Assembly (NCBI GenBank): GCA_964426545.1
Contig: CAYRQP010000005.1
Coordinates: 31,315-95,314, forward strand
Direction of reading: 5' to 3'
DNA length: 64,000 bases
Origin: an uncultured bacterium
Lineage (GTDB): Bacteria > Fermentibacterota > Fermentibacteria > Fermentibacterales > JCC-6
Positions 49,579 through 59,000 of the stretch are shown here, one piece after another. Each line of letters starts with the position of its first letter. The stretch's first letter is position 1. The translations under genes were made by a program, and so were the position numbers. The notes under the pieces are model-generated. The model was not told the origin of the DNA, did not search any database, and saw nothing but the letters and a program-made list of their open reading frames with translations.

Positions 49579-50751
49579 ATGTTCACCGGAATGGTCGAAG
49601 GATATTACGGAAAACCGTTTTCTTCTCTTCAGCGTGACATTCTCATGCGTAACCTTTCGCATCTCGATGAACCGGTTTATCTCTATGCACCTAAGAATGA
49701 CCCGTATCACAGAATCAGGTGGCGGGAGAAGTACTCCGGCTCTGCATGGAAGGATATAGAACACGCAATTGAAAGTGCTGCAGAAAACGGGGTGCGGTTC
49801 TTCTTCGGCATCAGCCCATTCGGTTTTAGAGATGATGAATACGGTCTACTCGAATCGAAAATAAAGAAAGCTGTCGATGCTGGTGCAGCCGGAATTGCTA
49901 TTTTGTATGATGATATTCCTGAAAATGCTGATGCTGGGCTGGCACGGAAACAGATAGAATTTACGAGAAAGGGACTCAGTGACGCTGAAATCCCTGTGAT
50001 GGTCTGTCCTTCAATCTACTGTGGGGAATTTATCGAAAGACTGAATGGCAGCGAATATCTCGAAGTCTGGGGCGAAGAACTTCCATCTGAGTGGGATGTT
50101 CTCTGGACGGGAAGTACAGTTATCTCGAAGTCCCTCTCGAATTCTGACATTCTCCGGGCGAAGAATTTGTTGGGCAGAGCCCCTGTCATCTGGGATAATC
50201 TGCATGCAAATGACTACTGCATGAGACGGGTATTTTTCGGAAAACTCGACGGCAGGCTGAGCAGTTCCAAAGGGTATCTGCTAAATCCTTCGGAGTGTTT
50301 TCCCGCAGCTCTTCACAGTGTATTTCGCCTGGCGGCTGCTGCGGGAGCAGGGGAGAAATGGCCTGTCGAACTCGGTCCGAGACTGCCCGGCTGGGAAACG
50401 TTGAGCGGTTTTCATGACAGTCCGTGGACAGTCGGTACCGAAGTCGAAATCCTGCTGGCAGAACTGCGGGATGCTCTTCAATCAGGGGGTTCTGATAAAC
50501 TGGTTGCCCGACTTGGAAACGAAATCGAAAAACTGAATGAGCTCATTGGTGCGGTACAGTGCATCGAAGGCGGATTCGATCTTCTCCCACATATTATAGA
50601 TGTTCGGAAGATCCTTGTCTGGTGGTTGAATGCGCTCGAGAAAGAGCCGGTTGGTATGTGCGGAAGAGAACTCAAAAGACAGGTTGAGAGGATTCTGCCT
50701 GAACATCCGTTCGCCCGGATGACATTTAACCTTACTGACAGAATTGAATAG
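49579..50751 (+). CDS. GH84 beta-N-acetylglucosaminidase (O-GlcNAcase-like), no signal peptide
   Basis: GMVEGYYG, YLYAPKNDPYHR, ILYDDI (catalytic DD), LWTG, IWDN..NDY; ATG 49579. Confidence 0.8.
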   Translation: MFTGMVEGYYGKPFSSLQRDILMRNLSHLDEPVYLYAPKNDPYHRIRWREKYSGSAWKDIEHAIESAAENGVRFFFGISPFGFRDDEYGLLESKIKKAVDAGAAGIAILYDDIPENADAGLARKQIEFTRKGLSDAEIPVMVCPSIYCGEFIERLNGSEYLEVWGEELPSEWDVLWTGSTVISKSLSNSDILRAKNLLGRAPVIWDNLHANDYCMRRVFFGKLDGRLSSSKGYLLNPSECFPAALHSVFRLAAAAGAGEKWPVELGPRLPGWETLSGFHDSPWTVGTEVEILLAELRDALQSGGSDKLVARLGNEIEKLNELIGAVQCIEGGFDLLPHIIDVRKILVWWLNALEKEPVGMCGRELKRQVERILPEHPFARMTFNLTDRIE

Positions 50752-50763
50752 AAAGGAAGAGCA

Positions 50764-52089
50764 TTGAAAGTCATTGTTGCAGGATTCAATACAGATATCG
50801 AGAATGGCGGGGCGACACCTGAAACAATATCGGCAGCTTATGCCCGGATCAGCCGTGATCCGCGTCCGGTTAACGAGATCAGGGCGGAGTCTGTGGAGGA
50901 AGTTGAAAAGGCACGCAGCTCCAACAGAACAATCATTTTTAAATATGGCCATGGTTCAATTGCAGAACACGCTGTATTCAACTTTGATATCCTGGGAATA
51001 TCGAGACTTGCCACAGAAGAACTTCAGAATTTTCGTCTTGCGAGTTTCACGGAAAAATCCCAGAGATATGTAAAAATAGGTGAAGACCCGGTCATCCCTT
51101 CGGAACTCGATCCGACTCAGATGAAGATGTATAGAAACACTGTTTCATTACTGCATGAAACTTATGAAATTCTATATGACAAACTGGCTGCTTCCGGATG
51201 CGACAAAGAGGTTGCACGGGAGGATGCACGGTATGTCCTTCCTCTCTGCACATCCACACAGATGGGGATGACGGTAAATGCAAGAGAACTCGAACACATA
51301 GTCAGGCGGCTGTCAGCAAGTCCCTACTCCGAAGTAAGGGAACTTGCAGGTAAACTGCTCGAAGCAGGACAGTCGATAGCACCTTCTTTGTTCCTGTTCT
51401 TCGAACCAACCCCGATGGATGTTTCCGCCTTCAGATTTTCATCCATTACGGGTGAATTTCCACAGGTGAGCCTTATTGAAACAGACAGTGATGCAAGAGT
51501 GGGGAGTTTTCTTGTTCAACAAGAGAAGGGAATCTCAATGACCCAATCCGCCGGATTGTGGAAAAATCTGTCCGATGATGATAAAGCCGGATATTTCATC
51601 GATGCTTATGAAGGGCTTGGTATTCATGATGCTCTCCCGCGGTGCTTTGAACTTTTCAGGGCGGATTTCGAGATAGTGCTTTCCGCTTCTGCCTATGCAC
51701 AGTTGAAAAGGCACAGGTTTGCCGCTCGCATGCGATCGGTCTATGATCCTGTGCTTGGAATTACCGTACCCCCGAGTGTCTGTGAAAACGGGCTGGAAGG
51801 GTATTTCAGAGAGAGAATCGAAAAGGCGGAAACTGCTGCAGGAAGGTTCGACAGACTCTATCCATACCTCCTGACAAATGCTCACCGGCGGAGAGTTGTT
51901 TTAAGCATGAACGGAAGAGAGTTATATCACTTCTCAAGGCTTAGGGAAGACAGGCATGCACAGTGGGATATCAGAAACATAGCAGAAGAAATGTTCGAAA
52001 TGTTAAGAAAATCCGCACCACTCACAATGATGCTGTCCGGAGGTAAGTCTGAAATGTCCCCTAAGGATGTTAAAATTCCACTTCTATAA
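50764..52089 (+). CDS. thyX: FAD-dependent thymidylate synthase, tandem two-domain form
   Basis: GHGSIAEH, SFTEKSQRY, EDARYVLP; second ThyX-like half AQLKRHR..NGRELYHFSRLR..AQWDIR. Confidence 0.9.
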   Translation: MKVIVAGFNTDIENGGATPETISAAYARISRDPRPVNEIRAESVEEVEKARSSNRTIIFKYGHGSIAEHAVFNFDILGISRLATEELQNFRLASFTEKSQRYVKIGEDPVIPSELDPTQMKMYRNTVSLLHETYEILYDKLAASGCDKEVAREDARYVLPLCTSTQMGMTVNARELEHIVRRLSASPYSEVRELAGKLLEAGQSIAPSLFLFFEPTPMDVSAFRFSSITGEFPQVSLIETDSDARVGSFLVQQEKGISMTQSAGLWKNLSDDDKAGYFIDAYEGLGIHDALPRCFELFRADFEIVLSASAYAQLKRHRFAARMRSVYDPVLGITVPPSVCENGLEGYFRERIEKAETAAGRFDRLYPYLLTNAHRRRVVLSMNGRELYHFSRLREDRHAQWDIRNIAEEMFEMLRKSAPLTMMLSGGKSEMSPKDVKIPLL

Positions 52090-54916
52090 TTCGCGGAATA
52101 CCGGTAACGTCTCCGGCAATCGGAGTCAATCTAAGGAGTATCACACCGGCGGTTTGTCCTATATCCAGTCCGTAATGCCATTTTAAATCACTGGAATAGA
52201 TCGACGGAAAGATATCCGAAAACCCACCGGATACAGTGGCATCATTCCAGCTGATACCGTTATCGAAACTGAATGCAGCTTCTATGGAGAGTCTTCTCTC
52301 TTCTGTGTCATCAAGCTGATACATAATCACGGCGGTTTCCAAATCAGTATCTGTAGAAGCAATCAGTGCCTGCACTACAATCGGGGCTGCTGAATTAACA
52401 ATAGTAAGAGGACCTATTACCTCCGAGAAAACAGTGTCTTTGTCAATTGCTCTAATTCGAATGTCAATTACTCTGTTTGTAACGGAAGGGAGGTCAACAG
52501 AACTGTTCCAATGCAGCGAAGATGAGTATTCAGCCGGTATAATCAGCCGGCTATTCTGTATCCCGGACACTTCAGACCAGTTTTCTTCATTGGGATCACA
52601 GTATTCAAGGATCAGTAAAATGTCATCGTACTCAATATCTGAGATACTGAATGATACCGGAATCACCCCGCTGATAATATCCCATTTTTCAGGATGTGTA
52701 ATTACAATCGATGGGATAGTATTATTGTCGAGGTGGAATGGAATCGATGGAACAGCGACTCCCATGTCCAGGTCTTCCGGAGTTGCCCTGAACCTGACCC
52801 TGAGCCCGTCGAATCCGGGAAGGTCTGTTTCGGAGTGCCAGAATACTGTGAACTGATTTGTACCCGCAGCACGGGTTCTGCCTTCAGGAACCGCTGCTAA
52901 ATGCCAGGTATCTCCGCCATCGGATGAATATTCATAACATACCCGCAAACTATCATTCTCCGGGTCAGCAATTCGCACCCCCAGTTCGACAATTCCGGAG
53001 ACTTCACGCATAGGAGCGATAATCTGCCCGGAAGGAATCTTGTCCGTATCCATGCTCATGTCATCGATGATACACCAGCTCCCAGGGTCACTATCCCATC
53101 CGCGTATCTTGAATGAGATGCCTGAAAGGTCTGAATATCCGAGGTCATGAAGTGCATCCCAGATAACAGGTTCTCCATATAACTCAGGGACTATTGCAGA
53201 AATTGTCCCATACAGATGTGCATCATGCCATGTTGCTCCATTGTTCAGCGAATATTGTGCCTGGAGCCGGATTGCGTCTCCTTCGGGTTCATCCACCGCA
53301 TAAGAGAGAGAAAACTTTCCCTCCTGAGTTTCCCGTGGGGTTGAAAGATATATGGTAGGTGAAATGTTGTTGTCGAGGTGAAAGACATTCGAGACAGCAC
53401 TTACTCCCGAACCGGAAACTGAAAATGGAGTGAGTCTGAGTGCACATTCCAAAATGTCCTGTCCGGGAAGGTCCTTTTCACTGTCCCAGATTATCTCATA
53501 TCCGGTGTCTGAAAAATTAAAGGTCGGTGTCCATGAAAAGCCGGCATCATTCGACCATTCGAGTGTTTTCGCAGTAACTGTACTTTCCCCGAGATCATAC
53601 GGGAATACAACATTACCTGACATTTCGGCTGCTATTGCTTCAGTTTCGAAAGTCGATAAGTCGCAGGAGCTCAAACATCCCGAATTGCGTGAGGTGCACA
53701 GAAGCTGCGGCCACGGCCAGGTTCCGGAGTCCGAACCAAGCGGGGAAAGATGAAACAATGAAAGTCTTCCGGCTCTTCCAAGTGCAGCGAGATATAGTTC
53801 ACCATTCCCGAGAATGTCTCCTACTGCGGGAGAAGTGGATAGAGCTTGATCGAAATCGACAGGAAAACCGGATATATTCTCCCCGAGACTGTTCCATGCG
53901 TAGATAGTACCTTTGTCAGTTCCAACGATGATTGCTATCTCACTTGAAATGACGGTGATAATCGGCGATGTCGGTTTTCCATCTGTCTGATTCGGCCACA
54001 TCCATGAACCGGCAAGAGAGCCGTCAGCATCCAGTAGAGTTACCCGTTCGTCTCTCGAAGAAACGGCTAACTGTATACCTGCGGCATCAGTTTCTATCTG
54101 CCCCAGTGCTATTGAACCGCTAACACAATTATCATCGAGGAAATAAGGCCATCCTTCGAGTCCTGTACCTGTGGTGGAAACGACATACAGACGTTTATTC
54201 GAAGTTGAAAATACGATATCACCAACACCGTCTGAATTGATGTCTCCTGTAACCGGAATAGATGTTGAAGCATACCCGGGCTGCAATGGCCATCCGGGAA
54301 CAATGGAACCATATTCGTCGAGTATCAGGATGGCGGTGGAAACAAGAGAGCAGACCAGACCATTTGCCCGTCTTCTATTCAGGGATACCTGAACCGGCTG
54401 CCATTGAAGTTTGGATGGTAGCTGAACCGGCCAGTTTGAGTATTCCGTGCCGTCGAATGCCAGACGATGAACAGCACCGTCTGATGTACCGAATGTAATT
54501 TCCGGAGTATCGTCATTGTTCAAGTCGACAATTGATACGCCTGAACAGATATCACCTGCATAAACAGGCCAGCCGGGCTGCGAATTTCCACTGTGATCAA
54601 CCGTATGAATCCATCCTGCATCATCGGCATAAACAATGACATTTTCGTGAAGGAAAGAAGAATAGCATCCGGCCGGTCGAAGAAAGACCCCCGCATCCGC
54701 TGAAAGAGGGAATGCTGTTATCTCAGAACCATGTCCCGTCCAGCCGCCGAGTCCGTTTTCACCGAGTGGGATGAAAATGTTCATGTTCCCTGAACCGGTT
54801 TCAGATAGCAGAATCCCGCTCGAAGGTATGTAACCCGTATCCAGTTCCCAAACCAATGAAGAGGTGCATATTGCCGGGAAGCAGATTAACATCAAAAGCA
54901 AAGTAATATAATTCAA
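52070..54916 (-). CDS. Secreted FG-GAP-like repeat protein with five C-terminal Ig-like modules
   Basis: Signal peptide; DLNNDDTPEI, GDINSDGVGDI, GDILGNGEL with PGWP/GWPY linkers; five repeats of Y..D.E.D..(E/Q)YS.(D/N)GG.(T/S)W; AGGAGG RBS before TTG 54916. Confidence 0.8.
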   Translation of the reverse strand: MNYITLLLMLICFPAICTSSLVWELDTGYIPSSGILLSETGSGNMNIFIPLGENGLGGWTGHGSEITAFPLSADAGVFLRPAGCYSSFLHENVIVYADDAGWIHTVDHSGNSQPGWPVYAGDICSGVSIVDLNNDDTPEITFGTSDGAVHRLAFDGTEYSNWPVQLPSKLQWQPVQVSLNRRRANGLVCSLVSTAILILDEYGSIVPGWPLQPGYASTSIPVTGDINSDGVGDIVFSTSNKRLYVVSTTGTGLEGWPYFLDDNCVSGSIALGQIETDAAGIQLAVSSRDERVTLLDADGSLAGSWMWPNQTDGKPTSPIITVISSEIAIIVGTDKGTIYAWNSLGENISGFPVDFDQALSTSPAVGDILGNGELYLAALGRAGRLSLFHLSPLGSDSGTWPWPQLLCTSRNSGCLSSCDLSTFETEAIAAEMSGNVVFPYDLGESTVTAKTLEWSNDAGFSWTPTFNFSDTGYEIIWDSEKDLPGQDILECALRLTPFSVSGSGVSAVSNVFHLDNNISPTIYLSTPRETQEGKFSLSYAVDEPEGDAIRLQAQYSLNNGATWHDAHLYGTISAIVPELYGEPVIWDALHDLGYSDLSGISFKIRGWDSDPGSWCIIDDMSMDTDKIPSGQIIAPMREVSGIVELGVRIADPENDSLRVCYEYSSDGGDTWHLAAVPEGRTRAAGTNQFTVFWHSETDLPGFDGLRVRFRATPEDLDMGVAVPSIPFHLDNNTIPSIVITHPEKWDIISGVIPVSFSISDIEYDDILLILEYCDPNEENWSEVSGIQNSRLIIPAEYSSSLHWNSSVDLPSVTNRVIDIRIRAIDKDTVFSEVIGPLTIVNSAAPIVVQALIASTDTDLETAVIMYQLDDTEERRLSIEAAFSFDNGISWNDATVSGGFSDIFPSIYSSDLKWHYGLDIGQTAGVILLRLTPIAGDVTGIPRIIEVEF

Positions 54917-55016
54917 ACATCCTCCTAAATTTAGGAACTTTTTCAAGAATATATAATATTATGTACAGAATACCACATAAGTCAACATGCTCTGAAATTA
55001 GGTGGCAAAGAACATC

Positions 55017-55044
55017 TTGACTAATTAGGATATTAGAATATACT
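55017..55044 (+). promoter_or_regulatory. Candidate sigma70 promoter for the 55-64 kb operon
   Basis: TTGACT-N16-TATACT. Confidence 0.35.
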
Positions 55045-55117
55045 ATTACTGTAGGATGTATATGTAAAATTCTATATAGGTATAAGTATAAGTTCGAGGG
55101 GCGAAAGGAGTTCTAAA

Positions 55118-56065
55118 ATGAGAATATTCATGCTTGCTGTTTTTCTAATCTCTTTACCTTTACCTGTAATGGCAGGTTCTCTGCCGTTTACCCGGTTCGG
55201 TGTTATCGATACACCTGATGCCTACTTACTCGAACACACTGAAATAGAGGCAGAAATAGCGGCTTCCGGTTATTCGCTGGCTAAAGCCCTGGAGGCAGAT
55301 ACTATAACCAATAGTGAATTCATGATCACCGGTCATTTCGATTTAGGATTATTTCGTTACGCACAGATTGGTGCATCTTTCCTTGGTGATGGCGGATTTA
55401 CCGGCAATTTGAAAATAGCCATACTACACGAAGGGGTATCTGTCCCGGCTTTTGCAATAGGACTTCAAAATATAAGTATGATTGAAGAGATAGAGTGTTT
55501 CAAGGAAGATTCCGCTGGAATACCCAACAGTGTATTTTATCAGTACGGTCACAGACAGAACTGGTCTGCTTATGGAGTTGTATCGAAAGACCTCACATAT
55601 CTGGCAGGCATTCCGGTAACCGTGAATTTCGGTATTGGAATAGGACGCTTTATCGGCAGTACGAACAATAGAAGTTATGCCCTGCACGGGATATTTTCTT
55701 CTGTTGTTTATCGCCCGACTGAAGTGATTTCTCTGGCAATGGAGATGGATGGAAGAGACTTGAATTTTGGAGTATCCTATGATATGCTGGATTTCTTCAC
55801 ATTGAAATTTGCCTGGGCAGAATTAGAGCAAACACTCTTGCCGGGTAATGATAATCCTAATCCAACAGATGTTATGACTCACTCAAAAATCACCATAGCA
55901 TTCTGTACACGATACGGTCCCATCTTCGGTGCTGACAGACTTCAACTCGAAGCAGAGCAGCAGCGTATTGACAGGGCAAGAGACAGACTGGACGAATTGG
56001 AAGAACGCAGAAGAGATGCTGAAGAAGAACTTCAGAATCTTCGTGACATGCTTGAAAGCAATTAG
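55118..56065 (+). CDS. YjbH-like outer-membrane beta-barrel protein with C-terminal coiled coil
   Basis: Signal peptide; GVIDTPDAYLL, alternating beta pattern, EMDGRDLNFG; C-terminal EAEQQRIDRARDRLDELEERRR. Confidence 0.65.
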   Translation: MRIFMLAVFLISLPLPVMAGSLPFTRFGVIDTPDAYLLEHTEIEAEIAASGYSLAKALEADTITNSEFMITGHFDLGLFRYAQIGASFLGDGGFTGNLKIAILHEGVSVPAFAIGLQNISMIEEIECFKEDSAGIPNSVFYQYGHRQNWSAYGVVSKDLTYLAGIPVTVNFGIGIGRFIGSTNNRSYALHGIFSSVVYRPTEVISLAMEMDGRDLNFGVSYDMLDFFTLKFAWAELEQTLLPGNDNPNPTDVMTHSKITIAFCTRYGPIFGADRLQLEAEQQRIDRARDRLDELEERRRDAEEELQNLRDMLESN

Positions 56066-56079
56066 AGAAGTTTGTCCAT

Positions 56080-59000
56080 ATGAAACATTCTCCGTTGTTA
56101 GTTACCACTCTCATCACTGCTGTTCTTCTCTTTGGCATGTCATTTGCCGAAGATACCCCGGACACAACTGATGATACGGAGACAACACCGGATACATTAC
56201 TGACCAGTTACCGTCTTGATGCAGCAGCGGCGGAACTATCTAACCTTGAGGCTCAGATTGCGCTGGAAGAAGCCAGATTAATTGATATAGAGGCCGAACT
56301 TGTGCTCCTCAGGAGAGAGAGTGCTATGGTGTCCAGTGCAGGAAGCGCGTTCCTTCTTGCCGAAGAACTTTATACATCCGGTTCTATCGTATGGGCAAAG
56401 GAAGCATTCGAATCAGTCGTGGAGAATTTCGATGACTCTCCCTACTATAGTGAAGCTATCTTCAGGCTCGAACTGATATTGTTCGAACTTCAGGACTATG
56501 AAGCGGCAAACGACTACTTCAACCTTCTTAGATCTGTAGACCCTGCATTTGAACATATCGACCTTGCTTTAATTACAGCAGGGCTCGCCCAGTTTAATCT
56601 TAAAGACTATGACTCATCCCTGGAGTATTATGAACAGGTAGCACCGTCGGGTGAATATGGAGCATTGGCAACATACCTTACAGCAGTAGTATATATTGAA
56701 AATGACAATATAGACCAGGCTCAAACTACATTCGAGAATATCCTCAATCGATCGGGCAACCTAAGCGGATCGGTTGAACTCGCTGACAGAACACGCATTG
56801 CGCTGGCACAGTTGAAAGTCGATGAGGGTAAACTCGATGAAGCTATCGACTACTATTCACAGGTATCTCCTTTCAGTGGATATTATGATGTCGCAATGCT
56901 CGGGAAGATATGGGCATATATGCGGCAGGAGGAATATCAGAAGGCATATGACCTGGCAGCGCGTGTAATGCAGGAAGTACCTGCATCTGAACTAAAAGAG
57001 GAATTCGAACTTGCGATGGCAAACTGTGCTCTCGGAGCGGAAGACCTTGATATTGCCGTCTCAATGTATCAGAATCTGCTTTCCCGTCATATACAGGTTG
57101 AAGAGAATCAGGACATATTCCTAAGTGAACACAATGTTGCTGCAGAAGAGTACGAACAGGAGAGAGAAAGACTGGACCGTATTAGGCTGGGGCTGGCTGA
57201 GCTAAAGGAGGAGGCATACGAACAGGGGGATGAAGAACTCGTTGCTCTGATCACTGCTGAAGAACTGGCTCTCAGGGAACTTTTTGTGGAAATCAGTAAT
57301 CTCGAAGTAATGCTCTCTCTTCCAATGAATATGAGTACAGAAACCATGATTCAGACATTAGAGAGTCTCATTCGGGAAAATCAGGACGAAACACAGATGC
57401 TTGCGCTTGCTATTGGTGATGTCAGAGATTTAGCCGAGATACACGGTACTGAACAGGACAGGGCAAACCTCATTGAACTCGAAGAAGAAGTGGAGAGAAT
57501 TAGACTTGCTCTTCAGGATCTCAGCACGAAGTTCGAAAGTTCAATGGCAGTCGGACATGACTGGGTGGAAGAGACGGAATACGGAATAGCCATTGCTACT
57601 TTTATGGAGCGCGAACTGAAGCGTGACTCGGTTACTTACCTGTCGTTGTATTACAGTGAAAAAATACAGGAGGCATATGACAGCGGGGACTCCTCCTCTG
57701 CAAATTCCCTTGAAGAAATGCGGAATGAGCAGATATCGAAATTGAATGAACGAATCGATGAAGATGCTGTCGTAAGTGCAGGTTATTTTGAGGAATACGA
57801 TGCGAATTATCCGGACTCGAGATTTATTCCGGATGTTCTTGTGAGATTGGCTCAACTGTACTACGACATTGATGGAAGGATACATGACGACCTGCTAGCC
57901 AATGCCGAAGAGGGTGAGTATATCCCGGATGACTACAGCAGGTCTATCGAACTTTACGAGAAAATCATTTCGGAGTATCCGGGAAGTGAACTCGAGGATG
58001 TTGCGCTCTATTCACTTGGGTATTGTCTTGAGAACATGATGGACTTTGAAGCAGGGGTTGACAGATACCAGGAATTGCTCCTGAAACATTCAACAAGTGT
58101 TTTGGCAGCAGAATGCAATATAAGAGTAGGAAACTATCATTTCGATAATCTTCGATATGACTCCGCTTTTGTTTACTACAATAGAATTCTGGAATTTCCT
58201 GCTGCAAGCCCAAACCTCTATCAACATGGATTGTATAAACTCGGATGGACAAAATACCTGCAGAAAGACTATGTGGGTTCAATAGCCGTATTCGCATATC
58301 TGCTTCAGGATGATCGGACAATACAGGAGTTGAACATAGAGCGTCAGGGGGACATGAGAATAATCAATGAAGCCAGACAATACATGGCGTATAATTTCCT
58401 GGAAATGGGAGATTCCGTATCTGTATTACCGCCCGTTCCGAGTGCTCTTACTTTCCTGACGGAATTCAACGATATCGAGACAACGATTTCCGTACTGAAA
58501 CAAATGGCAGAAATTTCAACAGGGGCGGAGGATTGGCAAACAGTCATTGAAGCATATCAGGCACTTCTCACGGCCGATCCGACCAGTCCCAATGCCCCAT
58601 ACTATCAGGCTGATATCGCTCTTGCCTATGAACAGAATGAACAATTTGCCAATGCTGCCGATGCCAGAGATGTATTAGTTGCAGTATATGGGGAAAATGG
58701 TGAATGGTTCGCTGTTATTGATGCGGACTCTGCACTTGCTTTTTCAGCTGATTCGCTACGGGTAAATTCGCTTGAAAGTGCAATTCAGTATTACCTTGAA
58801 CTATGTGTAAATACCAAAGAACAACCGGCAGCTTATCAGACTTCAAACGAAGAACTCATCGACCGTATACTGTTATACCTTGCTGAATACCCATCGAGTC
58901 AGAAAGTGTATGATTTCAAAGTTTATCTTGGAGATGCCTATTATCATCTGACCGATTATGAGAATGCTGGTGATGTGTACTATTCTGTCGCCATGGACAG

